From the NCBI GenBank assembly GCA_022565365.1, contig JAIUMW010000001.1, positions 1 through 54,956 of the forward strand: DNA of 54,956 nucleotides, written 5' to 3'. The notes under the pieces were generated by a model. That model was not told the origin of the DNA. It saw only the letters and a list, made by a program, of their open reading frames with translations, and made no database searches. This document shows, piece after piece, positions 9,602 to 18,849 of the stretch. This DNA is from Oceanicaulis sp. GTDB taxonomy: Bacteria > Pseudomonadota > Alphaproteobacteria > Caulobacterales > Maricaulaceae. A program made the translations under genes and the position numbers. Every line of letters starts with the position of its first letter. The stretch's first letter is position 1.

Positions 9602-11050
9602 ATGACCATGATTGTCACGGAGTTCGAACGCGACGAGCTCAACACCCCGCTCAACCAGCTCAATCCCTATCTCAAGGGGGTCTACGCGCCCGTGCGCGAG
9701 GAGATGACCGCCCTGAACCTGGAGGTCGAGGGCGAGATCCCGCGCGATCTGCACGGTCTGTATGTGCGCAACGGTCCCAACCCGCTCAACGCGCCAGAGG
9801 GCATGCATCACTGGTTTGACGGCGACGGCATGCTGCACGGCATTTATTTCGAGAACGGCAAGGCGGAATACCGCAATCGCTATATCCGCTCGGCTGACCA
9901 CGAGGCCGAACGCGCCGGCGCGCTGGACGCAGGCGGCATCATGATGCCCGCCAACAAGACCCGCCAGCCCACCACCTACAAGGACACCGCCAATACCGAT
10001 GTGGTCCTGCACAACGGGTCGCTGATGGCGCTGTGGTATGTGTCGGGCCAGCCGGTGCGGGTGGATGCGCGCACGCTCGAGACGGTGCGCACCGAGACCT
10101 TCTCCGGCCGGTTGCCCGGCAATGTGTCGGCCCACTCCAAGGTGGACCCTGAAACCGGCGAGTTCGTGTTCTTCGACTATGACCTCTACAAGCCGGTGAT
10201 GAGCGCCGGGGTGATCTCACGCGACAATGAGCTCAGCTGGTTCCGCGAGATCGAGCTGCCGGGCCCGCGACTGCCCCACGACATGGCGATCACCGAAAAC
10301 TACATGGTCCTGATGGATCTGCCGGTGGTGTTCACCGAGTCAGGCATGCGCAACGGCATGTGGCAGATCCACCAGCCCAAGGGCCAGGCCACCAGGTTCG
10401 GCGTGCTGCGCAAGGACGGGACCGGCGATGTGCGCTGGTTCGAGGCGGACCCGTGTTACATCTATCACGGCGTCAATGCGTGGGAGGAGGGCGACGAGAT
10501 CGTGTTCTTCGCCTGCAAGATGATCCCCAACGGCCTGACCCCGGATCCGGCCTTCGGCCCGTACGCGCCCATGGTGGGCGTGCTGGCTTTGCAGGCGGTG
10601 CTGCATGAGTGGCGCTTCAATCTGAAGACCGGCGCCGTCACCGAGCGGCCGGTGGATGACCGGGTCACGGAGTTTCCGGTGATCAATCTCGACAAGACAG
10701 GCCGCAAGAGCCGGTACTCCTACCATGTCTCGATCCCGAACGTTCAAACGCAGCTCTTTGACGGGCTGGTCAAATACGATCTGTCCACCGGGCAGGGCGA
10801 CTACCACCCGTTTGGCGCGGGACGCTTCGGATCCGAGCCGGCCTATGCGGCCAGAACCGGCGCCCGGGATGAGGATGACGGCTATGTCATCAGCTTCGTG
10901 TTTGATGCGACCAGCGGGGCCTCTGAAGCCCTGATCCTGGATGCGAAGGACTTCTCCCGGCCGCCCCTGGCGCGGGTGAAGCTGCCTCAGCGCGTGCCGG
11001 CGGGCTTCCACGGCACCTGGGCGCCCGGCGACCAGATCAGCGCCGCCTGA
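9602..11050 (+). CDS. Carotenoid cleavage oxygenase (RPE65/CCD family) dioxygenase
   Basis: GxIP..L.G.YVRNGPNP, HWFDGDGM, four Fe-ligand His (SAHSK, PHDM, IYHGVN, GFHGTW), EFPVIN, GSEP, EDDGY; RBS GAAGGAG. Confidence 0.93.
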   Translation: MTMIVTEFERDELNTPLNQLNPYLKGVYAPVREEMTALNLEVEGEIPRDLHGLYVRNGPNPLNAPEGMHHWFDGDGMLHGIYFENGKAEYRNRYIRSADHEAERAGALDAGGIMMPANKTRQPTTYKDTANTDVVLHNGSLMALWYVSGQPVRVDARTLETVRTETFSGRLPGNVSAHSKVDPETGEFVFFDYDLYKPVMSAGVISRDNELSWFREIELPGPRLPHDMAITENYMVLMDLPVVFTESGMRNGMWQIHQPKGQATRFGVLRKDGTGDVRWFEADPCYIYHGVNAWEEGDEIVFFACKMIPNGLTPDPAFGPYAPMVGVLALQAVLHEWRFNLKTGAVTERPVDDRVTEFPVINLDKTGRKSRYSYHVSIPNVQTQLFDGLVKYDLSTGQGDYHPFGAGRFGSEPAYAARTGARDEDDGYVISFVFDATSGASEALILDAKDFSRPPLARVKLPQRVPAGFHGTWAPGDQISAA

Positions 11051-11078
11051 CGCCGGCGCTTTCAACCTGCCGGCCATG

Positions 11079-11110
11079 CAGCGCCCCGGTCATGCCGGGG
11101 CGCTGTTTTT
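11079..11110 (+). terminator. Rho-independent terminator
   Basis: CAGCGCCCCGG-TCATG-CCGGGGCGCTG followed by TTTTT, between convergent genes. Confidence 0.8.
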
Positions 11111-11922
11111 CATGGCGTCCGGCGGGGTGGTTTCGGCACGAATCCCGATGTGTGCGCCATATACTCGGCATAGCCCGGCTTTTCCCGCGCCAGCTTCTTG
11201 TCCAGCGTGCGCATGCCGGTGACGTTGACCAGAAAATGGGTCATCACAATCGGTCCGATCACGGTGACAAGCGCTACAGGATGAGCGCATGAGGCAATGA
11301 AAATGCCCCACCACAGCAGGGAGTTTCCAAAATAATTCGGGTGGCGCGACCAGGCCCACAGGCCGGTGTCGAGCACCTTGCCCCGGTTCGCCGGGTCTTT
11401 GCGGAACGCTTTGAGCTGGGCGTCGGCCAGCGCTTCCATCGCCACCCCGGCGAGCCAGACGCCAGCGCCGATCCACAGCAGAACTGGCAGCGCTGGCGGG
11501 CTGGTGACCGCCAGCGCGACAATCACAGGCAGCGCGACGATGACCATGATATGGCCCTGGAGCAGGAAAACCCGGGTGAGTGAAAAGCGCGCGAAAGAGG
11601 CGTCCCCGGCCGTGACCCAGGTTCTCAGCTTCGCGTAGCGCGCATCCTCGCCATGCCCCCAGTTGCGCTGCAGGATGTAGACGGTGTAGCGCAGCGCCCA
11701 CAGCGCCGGCATGGCGGTGAGCGCAATCCCGTAGAGCGTCTGCGGCCGGTTAAGCGCATAGAGCGCCAGCGCGATCAGCGCGAAGCCGGCGCCCCAGAAC
11801 ATGTCGATAATGCTGACATCGCGGATTTTGATGCTGATGCCCCACAAGATGAGGACGCAGGCCATGACCAGGGCGTAGGCGACTGCGAGATTGATCGCGA
11901 TCTGTGTAAGCAGGTCCATCAT
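11110..11922 (-). CDS. DUF1295 / steroid 5-alpha-reductase-like membrane protein
   Basis: SIIDMFWG, GEDARY, ADAQL, GLWAWSRHPNYFG; start at ATGA overlap with the SDR stop. Confidence 0.88.
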   Translation of the reverse strand: MMDLLTQIAINLAVAYALVMACVLILWGISIKIRDVSIIDMFWGAGFALIALALYALNRPQTLYGIALTAMPALWALRYTVYILQRNWGHGEDARYAKLRTWVTAGDASFARFSLTRVFLLQGHIMVIVALPVIVALAVTSPPALPVLLWIGAGVWLAGVAMEALADAQLKAFRKDPANRGKVLDTGLWAWSRHPNYFGNSLLWWGIFIASCAHPVALVTVIGPIVMTHFLVNVTGMRTLDKKLAREKPGYAEYMAHTSGFVPKPPRRTP

Positions 11923-12806
11923 GATGCGGTCTCCGAAGCGTGGGTGGTGAAATCCATGAAAGCCGCTGTCGCACCGGGAAAGCTGCGCGCGCCGTCCAGG
12001 GCGGCGGCCTGGATCAGATCCGCCTCTGCGGGCGCGGCGGGCAGTCTCGCTCCGGCTCCTTCCATGACAGCGGCCCGGCGCGCATGGTTCGCCCCTGTCA
12101 CCCAGATCTCGCCAGTGCGCTGGCAATCCTCACTCGCAAGGAAGGCGGCCAGCCCGGCTGCGGCTTCAGGTGAAAAACGCTCGGCGGCTTCGCCGCTGAA
12201 GGCGTCGCCTGTCATGCGCGTGGCGGCATAGGGCGCCAGAATATTCACCCGCACGGGTCCGCGGCGCTCCTCCTGGGCCAGCGCCATGGCGAACGCGTTC
12301 AGCGCCGCTTTCGAAGCGCTGTAGGGTGTGCGGCCGGATATGCCGTAGAGGCCAGCGGAGGAAGAGACAAACACCATGCGTCCCCCGGCGCTGGTGCGCA
12401 GGTGCGGCAGCGCCGCGCGGGCAAGGCGCATCTGGGCGGTGAAATTCACGGCCATCACCGTGTCAAAAGCCGCGTCGGACGTGTCGTCAAATCGCGCCGC
12501 CGGTCCGTTCACGCCGGCGTTGAAGACGACGCCGTCCAGCCGGCCGAACGCCGTCAGGGCGGCGCCGGTCATGGCCGCCGCCGCGTCTGCGCGGGTGATG
12601 TCGGAGTGCTCTGTGATGGCGGTCCCGCCCGCCGCGATGATGTCACGAACCGTTTGCGCGGCGCTGTCCTCAGCGCCGTCGCGGACGCGATTATTGACGA
12701 CGACTGCATCGCCGCGCGCCGCGCAGGCCAGCGCAAAGGCGCGGCCCAGCCCTTTTCCGGCGCCGGTGACCAGTGTGACGCGGCGCCGATTCCCGGCCTC
12801 AACCAT
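11919..12806 (-). CDS. SDR oxidoreductase (resembles the dehydrogenase domain of MFE-2-type 3-hydroxyacyl-CoA dehydrogenases)
   Basis: TGAGKGLG, NAG, SSSAGLYG, YSASK, PYAATRMT. Confidence 0.88.
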   Translation of the reverse strand: MVEAGNRRRVTLVTGAGKGLGRAFALACAARGDAVVVNNRVRDGAEDSAAQTVRDIIAAGGTAITEHSDITRADAAAAMTGAALTAFGRLDGVVFNAGVNGPAARFDDTSDAAFDTVMAVNFTAQMRLARAALPHLRTSAGGRMVFVSSSAGLYGISGRTPYSASKAALNAFAMALAQEERRGPVRVNILAPYAATRMTGDAFSGEAAERFSPEAAAGLAAFLASEDCQRTGEIWVTGANHARRAAVMEGAGARLPAAPAEADLIQAAALDGARSFPGATAAFMDFTTHASETAS

Positions 12807-12841
12807 GCTTCAACTCCCCTTATTGCAGGGGGAGGCTAGTG

Positions 12842-12858
12842 AGTATGTTTATGAAAGT
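12842..12858. promoter_or_regulatory. Putative operator, copy 3
   Basis: AGTATGTTTATGAAAGT, upstream of SDR-DUF1295. Confidence 0.7.
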
Positions 12859-13848
12859 CTAGACGCCCCGGGCCCGGATCTGCGCCTGGGTGCGGCGCAT
12901 GGGGCGGATGTGGAACTCCACCTCATCCGGGGCGAGCGGCTGGTGGCAGCACGAGCAAGCCATCACCGGATCCAGCGGCAAGCCGGTCTGGCGATGGTGC
13001 AGCAAGAGGGGCGGGCCTTCGGGCGTGCTATACCAGCGATCCCCCCATGCCATCAGCATGACCAGCACCGGGTAATAGTCGATGCCAGTTTCCGTCAGCC
13101 GGTATTCGTACCGGGCGGGGTTTTCCGAATACAGGCGCTTGGTGATCAGCCCCATGCCGGTGAGCCATTGCAGCCGGTCGGCCAGAATATTGGTGGCGAT
13201 CGCTGCATCCTTCTGGATCTCGTCATAGCGGCGGAACCCGGTGAAAATGGAGCGCAGGATCAGCGACGCCCAGCGGTCTCCCAGCACCTGGACGATCATG
13301 TCCAGCAGATTGCTGTCCTGGCGCTCATTGTCTGAGCGCTGCTTGCGTCGCCGGCTGTGGTGCGGCGCGATCCAGCCCATGCCGGGACCATGGGTCCAGC
13401 TCACGTCGCGCGCGGTGAAAGCCTGTCCCGCCGAGCGGCTGTACGGAACCGCGTCGATATTGCGCGCGCCGCACGTTTTGTGGTCGAGCTGCACGGTGAA
13501 CTTGGCCGCTGCGGCGCCCCAGTGCTTCTCCCAGCGCAGCATGGCCAGAGCGACCCAGTAAAGGTCTCTGCCTTTGGTGGTCAGCCAGTATTCATACCGC
13601 ACAGGGCGGTCGGAATACTGACGCTTCTCCATGAGGCCGGTCTCAGTCATCGCCTTCAGGCGCTGGCTCAAAAGAGCTTTCAGCAGTCCGGTACGCTGTT
13701 GCAGCCCGTCAAAGCGGCGCTCTCCGAGCCAAAACGCCTCCAGGATCAGCATGATCGGCACATCGCCGACCGTCTCCAGGGCACGCCAGATGGAGCAGCT
13801 GCGGATGAGCTTGAGGTCTGACGGCGAGTTCGCGATCACAGGCGGCAT
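12859..13848 (-). CDS. Transcriptional regulator with two tandem HxlR-type winged-helix domains
   Basis: Two repeats: CSIWRALETVGD...RRFDGLQ...YEYWLTTKG and IVQVLGDRW...RRYDEIQ...YEYRLTETG. Confidence 0.88.
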   Translation of the reverse strand: MPPVIANSPSDLKLIRSCSIWRALETVGDVPIMLILEAFWLGERRFDGLQQRTGLLKALLSQRLKAMTETGLMEKRQYSDRPVRYEYWLTTKGRDLYWVALAMLRWEKHWGAAAAKFTVQLDHKTCGARNIDAVPYSRSAGQAFTARDVSWTHGPGMGWIAPHHSRRRKQRSDNERQDSNLLDMIVQVLGDRWASLILRSIFTGFRRYDEIQKDAAIATNILADRLQWLTGMGLITKRLYSENPARYEYRLTETGIDYYPVLVMLMAWGDRWYSTPEGPPLLLHHRQTGLPLDPVMACSCCHQPLAPDEVEFHIRPMRRTQAQIRARGV

Positions 13849-13959
13849 GCCTTGTTGTATAAGCTATGCCGGGACTGTTGTCACAACCGGAATTTGGGCT
13901 TTCTGCCACGATTTCAGCAGTTTCCCCACCAATAGGGCTTGGCAGGAGCGGCCGGAGTT

Positions 13960-13976
13960 GGTTTGATTGTGCAAGT
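13960..13976. promoter_or_regulatory. Putative operator, copy 4
   Basis: GGTTTGATTGTGCAAGT, between the regulator and the ligase operon. Confidence 0.65.
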
Positions 13977-14026
13977 AACATAGGGCGCACGCCAGATGCG
14001 CCATCGCTTACCGGAGGATCCCAGAC

Positions 14027-15709
14027 ATGAACCGTACAGCGCAGGCGCAGGCGCGCCATCAGTCCTATCGCGATAACGGCTGGTGGGATGGGCGCACTTT
14101 GCACGGTGTTTTCGATGCCGCCGCCAATGCGGCCGGAGACAGAACAGCGCTGGTCGATCCGCTCGACTGTGAAGTGCTGATCGGGCGCGCGCCCATGCGC
14201 CTGAGCTGGGCGGAGATGCGCAACGCCGCCGACCAGCTGGCGCTCAAGCTGAAAGCGGCCGGCATTGGCCGTGGCGATTCGGTGCTGGTCCAGCTGCCCA
14301 ACACCGCTGAGCTGACCACGCTCTACATCGCCCTGTCCCGGCTTGGCGCGATCATCAGCCCGATCGCCATGCAATACGGGCGTCACGAGGTCGCGCACAC
14401 ATCGGCGTCGCTGGATGCAAAGGCCTTCATCGGCATTGGTGCGTTCAAGGGCGAGGCCGCCGCGGGCGCCGTGGCCGGAGCGTTGCCCGCAGGCGCGCTG
14501 CGGTTTGCGTTCGGTGCGCCCGTGGACGGGTTTGAAGCGCTGACCCTTGATGTGACGGCGCCGGTTCAGCGCCCCTCCAGCGAAGGCCAGGGCGAGGATA
14601 TTGTCACGATTTGCTGGACTTCGGGCACGACCGGCACGCCCAAGGGCGTGCCGCGCCACCACGGCCACTGGTTCACGCAAGGGCGCGCCGTCGCCGACGC
14701 CGTGCCCCTACCCAAGGGCTCGGCCATGCTCAACCCGTTCCCGCTCATCAATATGGCCGCGCTGGCGGGCTTCCTTGTGTACTGGCTGGAGAATGAGGGC
14801 ACGCTGGTGCTCCATCACCCGTTCGATCTGCCGGGCTTCCTGCGCCAGCTTGTCGTGGAGAAGATCGCCTACACGATTGCGCCGCCGGCGGTGCTGAACA
14901 TGTTCCTTCAGAACGAGGCGCTGCATGGCCAGGTCGATCTGTCGGGCGTGCGGTATATCGCCTCCGGCTCGGCGCCGCTGGATCCCTGGATGACCAAGGG
15001 CTTCAAGGATAAGTTCGGCGTCGAGATCGTGAACTTCTTCGGCTCCAACGAGGGCATCGGCCTGGTCGGCGGTCCGGCCGAGGTCCCCGATCCCGAACAG
15101 CGCGCCGTGGTCTTTCCCCGGTTCGGTGCGCCTGGCCTTGAATGGTCCAACGGCTTTGCGGCGTATTTCGAAAGCAAGCTGGTCGACTGGCAAAATGGCG
15201 ACGCGCTGATCGAGGGGCCCGGCGTGACCGGGGAATTGCTGATCCGCGGGCCGAACGTGTTTGAGGGTTATCTCGGCGATGCCGACGATGAGGTGTTTGA
15301 CGCCGACGGCTTTTTCCGCACCGGCGATCTGTTCGAGATCGCAGGCGACGGGGAGATGGCGCGCTTTTTCCGCTTCAAGGGGCGGCGCAAGGATGTGATC
15401 ATCCGCGGCGGGGTGAACATCTCGCCCGAAGAGCTCGACGGCGTGCTGAACGGCCACCCGGCGATCATGGAAGCGGCCGTGTGCGGATATGATGACCGCA
15501 TCATGGGAGAGAAAGTCTGCCTGTTCGCGGTGCTCAAGCCGGGCGAGACGCTGGACCTTGAGAGCGTGAAATCGTTCCTGGAGGAGAAGGGCGTGGCCCG
15601 GTTCAAATGGCCCGAGCGCCTTGAGATCATTGACCGGCTGCCGCGCAATCCGCTCAACAAGGTTGTGCGCCCGGAGCTGAAGCAACGGCTGGAGTCCGCA
15701 GCGGGATGA
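14027..15709 (+). CDS. Acyl-CoA synthetase (AMP-forming)
   Basis: TSGTTGTPKG, FGSNEG, RTGDL, GRRKDVIIRGG, RNPLNK. Confidence 0.92.
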   Translation: MNRTAQAQARHQSYRDNGWWDGRTLHGVFDAAANAAGDRTALVDPLDCEVLIGRAPMRLSWAEMRNAADQLALKLKAAGIGRGDSVLVQLPNTAELTTLYIALSRLGAIISPIAMQYGRHEVAHTSASLDAKAFIGIGAFKGEAAAGAVAGALPAGALRFAFGAPVDGFEALTLDVTAPVQRPSSEGQGEDIVTICWTSGTTGTPKGVPRHHGHWFTQGRAVADAVPLPKGSAMLNPFPLINMAALAGFLVYWLENEGTLVLHHPFDLPGFLRQLVVEKIAYTIAPPAVLNMFLQNEALHGQVDLSGVRYIASGSAPLDPWMTKGFKDKFGVEIVNFFGSNEGIGLVGGPAEVPDPEQRAVVFPRFGAPGLEWSNGFAAYFESKLVDWQNGDALIEGPGVTGELLIRGPNVFEGYLGDADDEVFDADGFFRTGDLFEIAGDGEMARFFRFKGRRKDVIIRGGVNISPEELDGVLNGHPAIMEAAVCGYDDRIMGEKVCLFAVLKPGETLDLESVKSFLEEKGVARFKWPERLEIIDRLPRNPLNKVVRPELKQRLESAAG

Positions 15710-16950
15710 CGGCGCTCTGTATCGCCGGGATCGCCATGACGGCGATGGGCAAGCGTCCCGAGGCCAGCGTCAAATCCCTGACCGCGGAGGCGGTCAGCGC
15801 GGCGCTGGCGGACGCTGGCGTCGGCGCGGACCGCATCGAGGCGGCCTGGTTCTCCAATACCCGTCAGCCCATACTGGAGGGTCAAAACACCATCCGCGGC
15901 CAGGTGGCGCTGCGCGCGATGGGCATCGGCGCCATTCCCGTCGTCAATGTGGAGAATGCCTGCGCCTCCGGCTCCACCGCTGTGATTCAGGCGGCCGCAG
16001 CGATCCGGGCCGGCATGTACTCGTGCGTGCTGGTGGTGGGCGCCGAGAAAATGTTCTTTCCTGATCGGCCCGAGCAGGTCGCGGCTGCGTTTCGCGGCGG
16101 CACGGACATCGAGACAGTGGATCGTATTCATGCCGAGATCTCGGATCTGGCCAGTGAGCTCATTCCCAAGGCGCTGCGGGGTCAGGAGGCGCAGACCCGC
16201 AGCTTCTTCATGGACAGCTATGCCGCCTTCGCGCGCCTGCACATGAAGACGTTCGGCTCCACCCAGCGGCAGCTGGCGGCGGTGGCGTCAAAGAATCACG
16301 GCCATTCGACGCTGAACCCGCTGGCCCAGTACCGTAAGGCGATGAGCATTGAGGCGGTTCTCGCCGACAAGCTGATCGTGTGGCCGTTCACCCGCGCCAT
16401 GTGCGCCCCGGTCAGTGACGGCGCCGCCGCCCTGGTGCTGATGGCGGCCGAGGCTGTCCCGCAGGCGGCCCGGTCGCGGGCGGTGAAGCTTCGCGGCTTT
16501 GCGCTGGGCAGCGGGGCGGATCGCGCGCCGGATGATTTCGCCGCCCATGTGGGGCGCCGCGTGGCGCTGTCGGCTTATGAGGCCGCCGGCATCAGTCCGC
16601 GCGATATTGACCTGGCCGAGGTTCACGACGCCACCTCCTATGCCGAGATCCAGCAGGTGGAAAATCTCGGCCTGTGCCCCATGGGCGAGGGCGGCGCGTT
16701 TGCAGAAGCCGGCCACACCACGCTGGGCGGACGTGTTCCGGTCAATCCGTCGGGGGGTCTGGTGTCAAAGGGGCATCCGGTGGGCGCCACCGGCATCGCC
16801 CAGCTTTACGAGCTTTGCCTGCACCTGCGCGACGAGGCCGGCGCCCGCCAGGTGGAGCGGCCCCGCATCGCGGTGGCGGAGAATGGCGGCGGGTTCCTGC
16901 AGTGCGAGGAGGCCGCCACCGCCGTGACCGTGCTGGAGCGCCCGGCATGA
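15706..16950 (+). CDS. SCP2-type thiolase family protein
   Basis: ENACASG, EVHDAT, NPSGGLVSKGHPVGATG, ENGGG. Confidence 0.9.
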   Translation: MTALCIAGIAMTAMGKRPEASVKSLTAEAVSAALADAGVGADRIEAAWFSNTRQPILEGQNTIRGQVALRAMGIGAIPVVNVENACASGSTAVIQAAAAIRAGMYSCVLVVGAEKMFFPDRPEQVAAAFRGGTDIETVDRIHAEISDLASELIPKALRGQEAQTRSFFMDSYAAFARLHMKTFGSTQRQLAAVASKNHGHSTLNPLAQYRKAMSIEAVLADKLIVWPFTRAMCAPVSDGAAALVLMAAEAVPQAARSRAVKLRGFALGSGADRAPDDFAAHVGRRVALSAYEAAGISPRDIDLAEVHDATSYAEIQQVENLGLCPMGEGGAFAEAGHTTLGGRVPVNPSGGLVSKGHPVGATGIAQLYELCLHLRDEAGARQVERPRIAVAENGGGFLQCEEAATAVTVLERPA

Positions 16951-18425
16951 GGGCGCCCATTGCGCGTTTTCTGGACGCGGCGCAGCGCTGGCCGGACTCG
17001 ATTGCGTTGGAAGACGATCTGGGCGCGCAGCTGAGCTATCGCGATCTGGCCCGGCGCGCGATGGCGCTCGGCGCAGGCCTGCGTCAACGTCTGGGGGATG
17101 GCCCCGGGACGGTCGTGGCCATCGCCGCGCGCAATCACGCCGACCATGTGGTGGCGATGTTTGGCGTGTTCATGGCCGGTCACGCCTGGCTGCCGCTCAA
17201 TCCCAAAAGCGCCCCGGCGCTGAATGACGAGATTTGCCGCACGCTGCAGCCGGCGCTGATCGTGATGGATGAAGCCTGCGAGGCCTGCCTCAGCGATGGC
17301 GGGGCGCCGGTGGCGACATTTCGCGCCGGAGACCCGTCAGGCCTTGATGCGCTCAGCGTGCCTGACGAAGCCTTCACCCTGCCGGTGCTGGCGCCCGATG
17401 ACCTCATGAGCATCAAGCTCACCGGCGGCACGACCGGGCGGCCCAAGGCGGTGGCCCAGACCCAGCGCGTGATCGCCACGGTGGCAGACGATATCACCCG
17501 GGTTTTTGCGGTGACGCAAAGCGACGTCAATCTGGCCGCCGCGCCGCTGTCCCACGGCGCGTTTCATTTTCTCCTGCCCGTCCTCATCGCAGGCGGGCGC
17601 CATGTCATTGCGTCAGACCTCTCGCCTGCATCCCTGATCGATACAATGGAGCGCGCAGGCGTGACGCTCGGCTTCATGCCGCCCACGCTGATCATCAAAC
17701 TGGCTGAAAGCGGGCTGGCCCGTCCGGAGCGCTTTCCCGCTCTGCGTGAGCTGATCTACTCGGCGGCGCCCATGGCCCCCGCCCAGATCCGCCGGGCGTG
17801 GGCGGCCTTTGGACCGAAACTGGCGGTCATGTACGGCCAGGTTGAAGCGCCCATGGTGCTTTGCGCCATGACCGCCGGGGAGATGGCGGCGACCGGCAAG
17901 CTGGAGAGCGCCGGCCGGGCCTGCCCGTCCGCGCAGCTGCGCATCGACCAGCCCGACGCAGACGGGACCGGGGAAATACTGGCGCGCGGCCCGGTGGTGG
18001 CGCCGCGCTATCTGACTGGCGAGGCGCTGGCCACGCACGATGGCTGGCTGCGCACGGGTGATCTGGGCCGGATTGACCCGGAGGGCCATGTGTTCATCCG
18101 CGGACGCTCGCGCGAGATGCTGATCACGGGCGGGTTCAACGTCTACCCGGCCGAGGTGGAGCGCGCCCTGCTGGCTGTGGACGGCGTTAGCGAGGTCTGC
18201 GTGTTCGGCGCGCCCGACGCCTATTGGGGCGAGCGGGTGGAGGCGGCGGTCGTTGCTTCGAAAAGCGTATCGGATGAGGCCTTGATCGCGGCTGTGAAGA
18301 GCGCCATTGGCGCGGTGGCGGCGCCTAAAATCATCCACCGGATCGACGCGCTGCCGCGCAATCCGGTGGGCAAGATCGTCCGGCGCGAAGTGGCGGCGCT
18401 GTTCAGCCCGCCGGCCCGGGCCTGA
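16947..18425 (+). CDS. Acyl-CoA synthetase (AMP-forming)
   Basis: TGGTTGRPK, YGQVE, RTGDLG, TGGFNVYP, RNPVGK; start at ATGA overlap. Confidence 0.9.
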   Translation: MRAPIARFLDAAQRWPDSIALEDDLGAQLSYRDLARRAMALGAGLRQRLGDGPGTVVAIAARNHADHVVAMFGVFMAGHAWLPLNPKSAPALNDEICRTLQPALIVMDEACEACLSDGGAPVATFRAGDPSGLDALSVPDEAFTLPVLAPDDLMSIKLTGGTTGRPKAVAQTQRVIATVADDITRVFAVTQSDVNLAAAPLSHGAFHFLLPVLIAGGRHVIASDLSPASLIDTMERAGVTLGFMPPTLIIKLAESGLARPERFPALRELIYSAAPMAPAQIRRAWAAFGPKLAVMYGQVEAPMVLCAMTAGEMAATGKLESAGRACPSAQLRIDQPDADGTGEILARGPVVAPRYLTGEALATHDGWLRTGDLGRIDPEGHVFIRGRSREMLITGGFNVYPAEVERALLAVDGVSEVCVFGAPDAYWGERVEAAVVASKSVSDEALIAAVKSAIGAVAAPKIIHRIDALPRNPVGKIVRREVAALFSPPARA

Positions 18426-18849
18426 TCATCATGCCAGCCGTGCCGGATGCGTGAACGCCGGCGTCCGAGGACACTGTGCATTCCGCGATCGCCAGCGTGC
18501 GCCCCTGATGAATGATGCGGGCATGCGCGGTCAGGCGCGGGGTCGAGATGGGCGCGGCGCGGACATAGCGGATCTGCAGATCGGTGGTGGCGAAGCGCTG
18601 ACCCTCATCAAGCCGTGTCAGCAGGGCGCACCCCGTCGCCGCATCCATCAGTCCGGCCATCACCCCCCCATGCACGCCAGCCATCAGATTGGCGTGATCG
18701 GGCATGACCGGGCATTCCAGACGCGCCTCTCCGTCTGAAAACGCCGCCACGTCAAAGCCCAGAAGGCTGGCGAAGCCGGCAATGCGTCCGGCGTCGCGCC
18801 AGGCGGCCAGGATATCCAGCCCCGAACCTTCGAACCGGACACCGCTCAT
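18403..18849 (-). CDS. PaaI-family hotdog thioesterase
   Basis: HANLMAGVHGG...MDAATG, TTDLQIRYVR. Confidence 0.88.
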   Translation of the reverse strand: MSGVRFEGSGLDILAAWRDAGRIAGFASLLGFDVAAFSDGEARLECPVMPDHANLMAGVHGGVMAGLMDAATGCALLTRLDEGQRFATTDLQIRYVRAAPISTPRLTAHARIIHQGRTLAIAECTVSSDAGVHASGTAGMMIRPGPAG

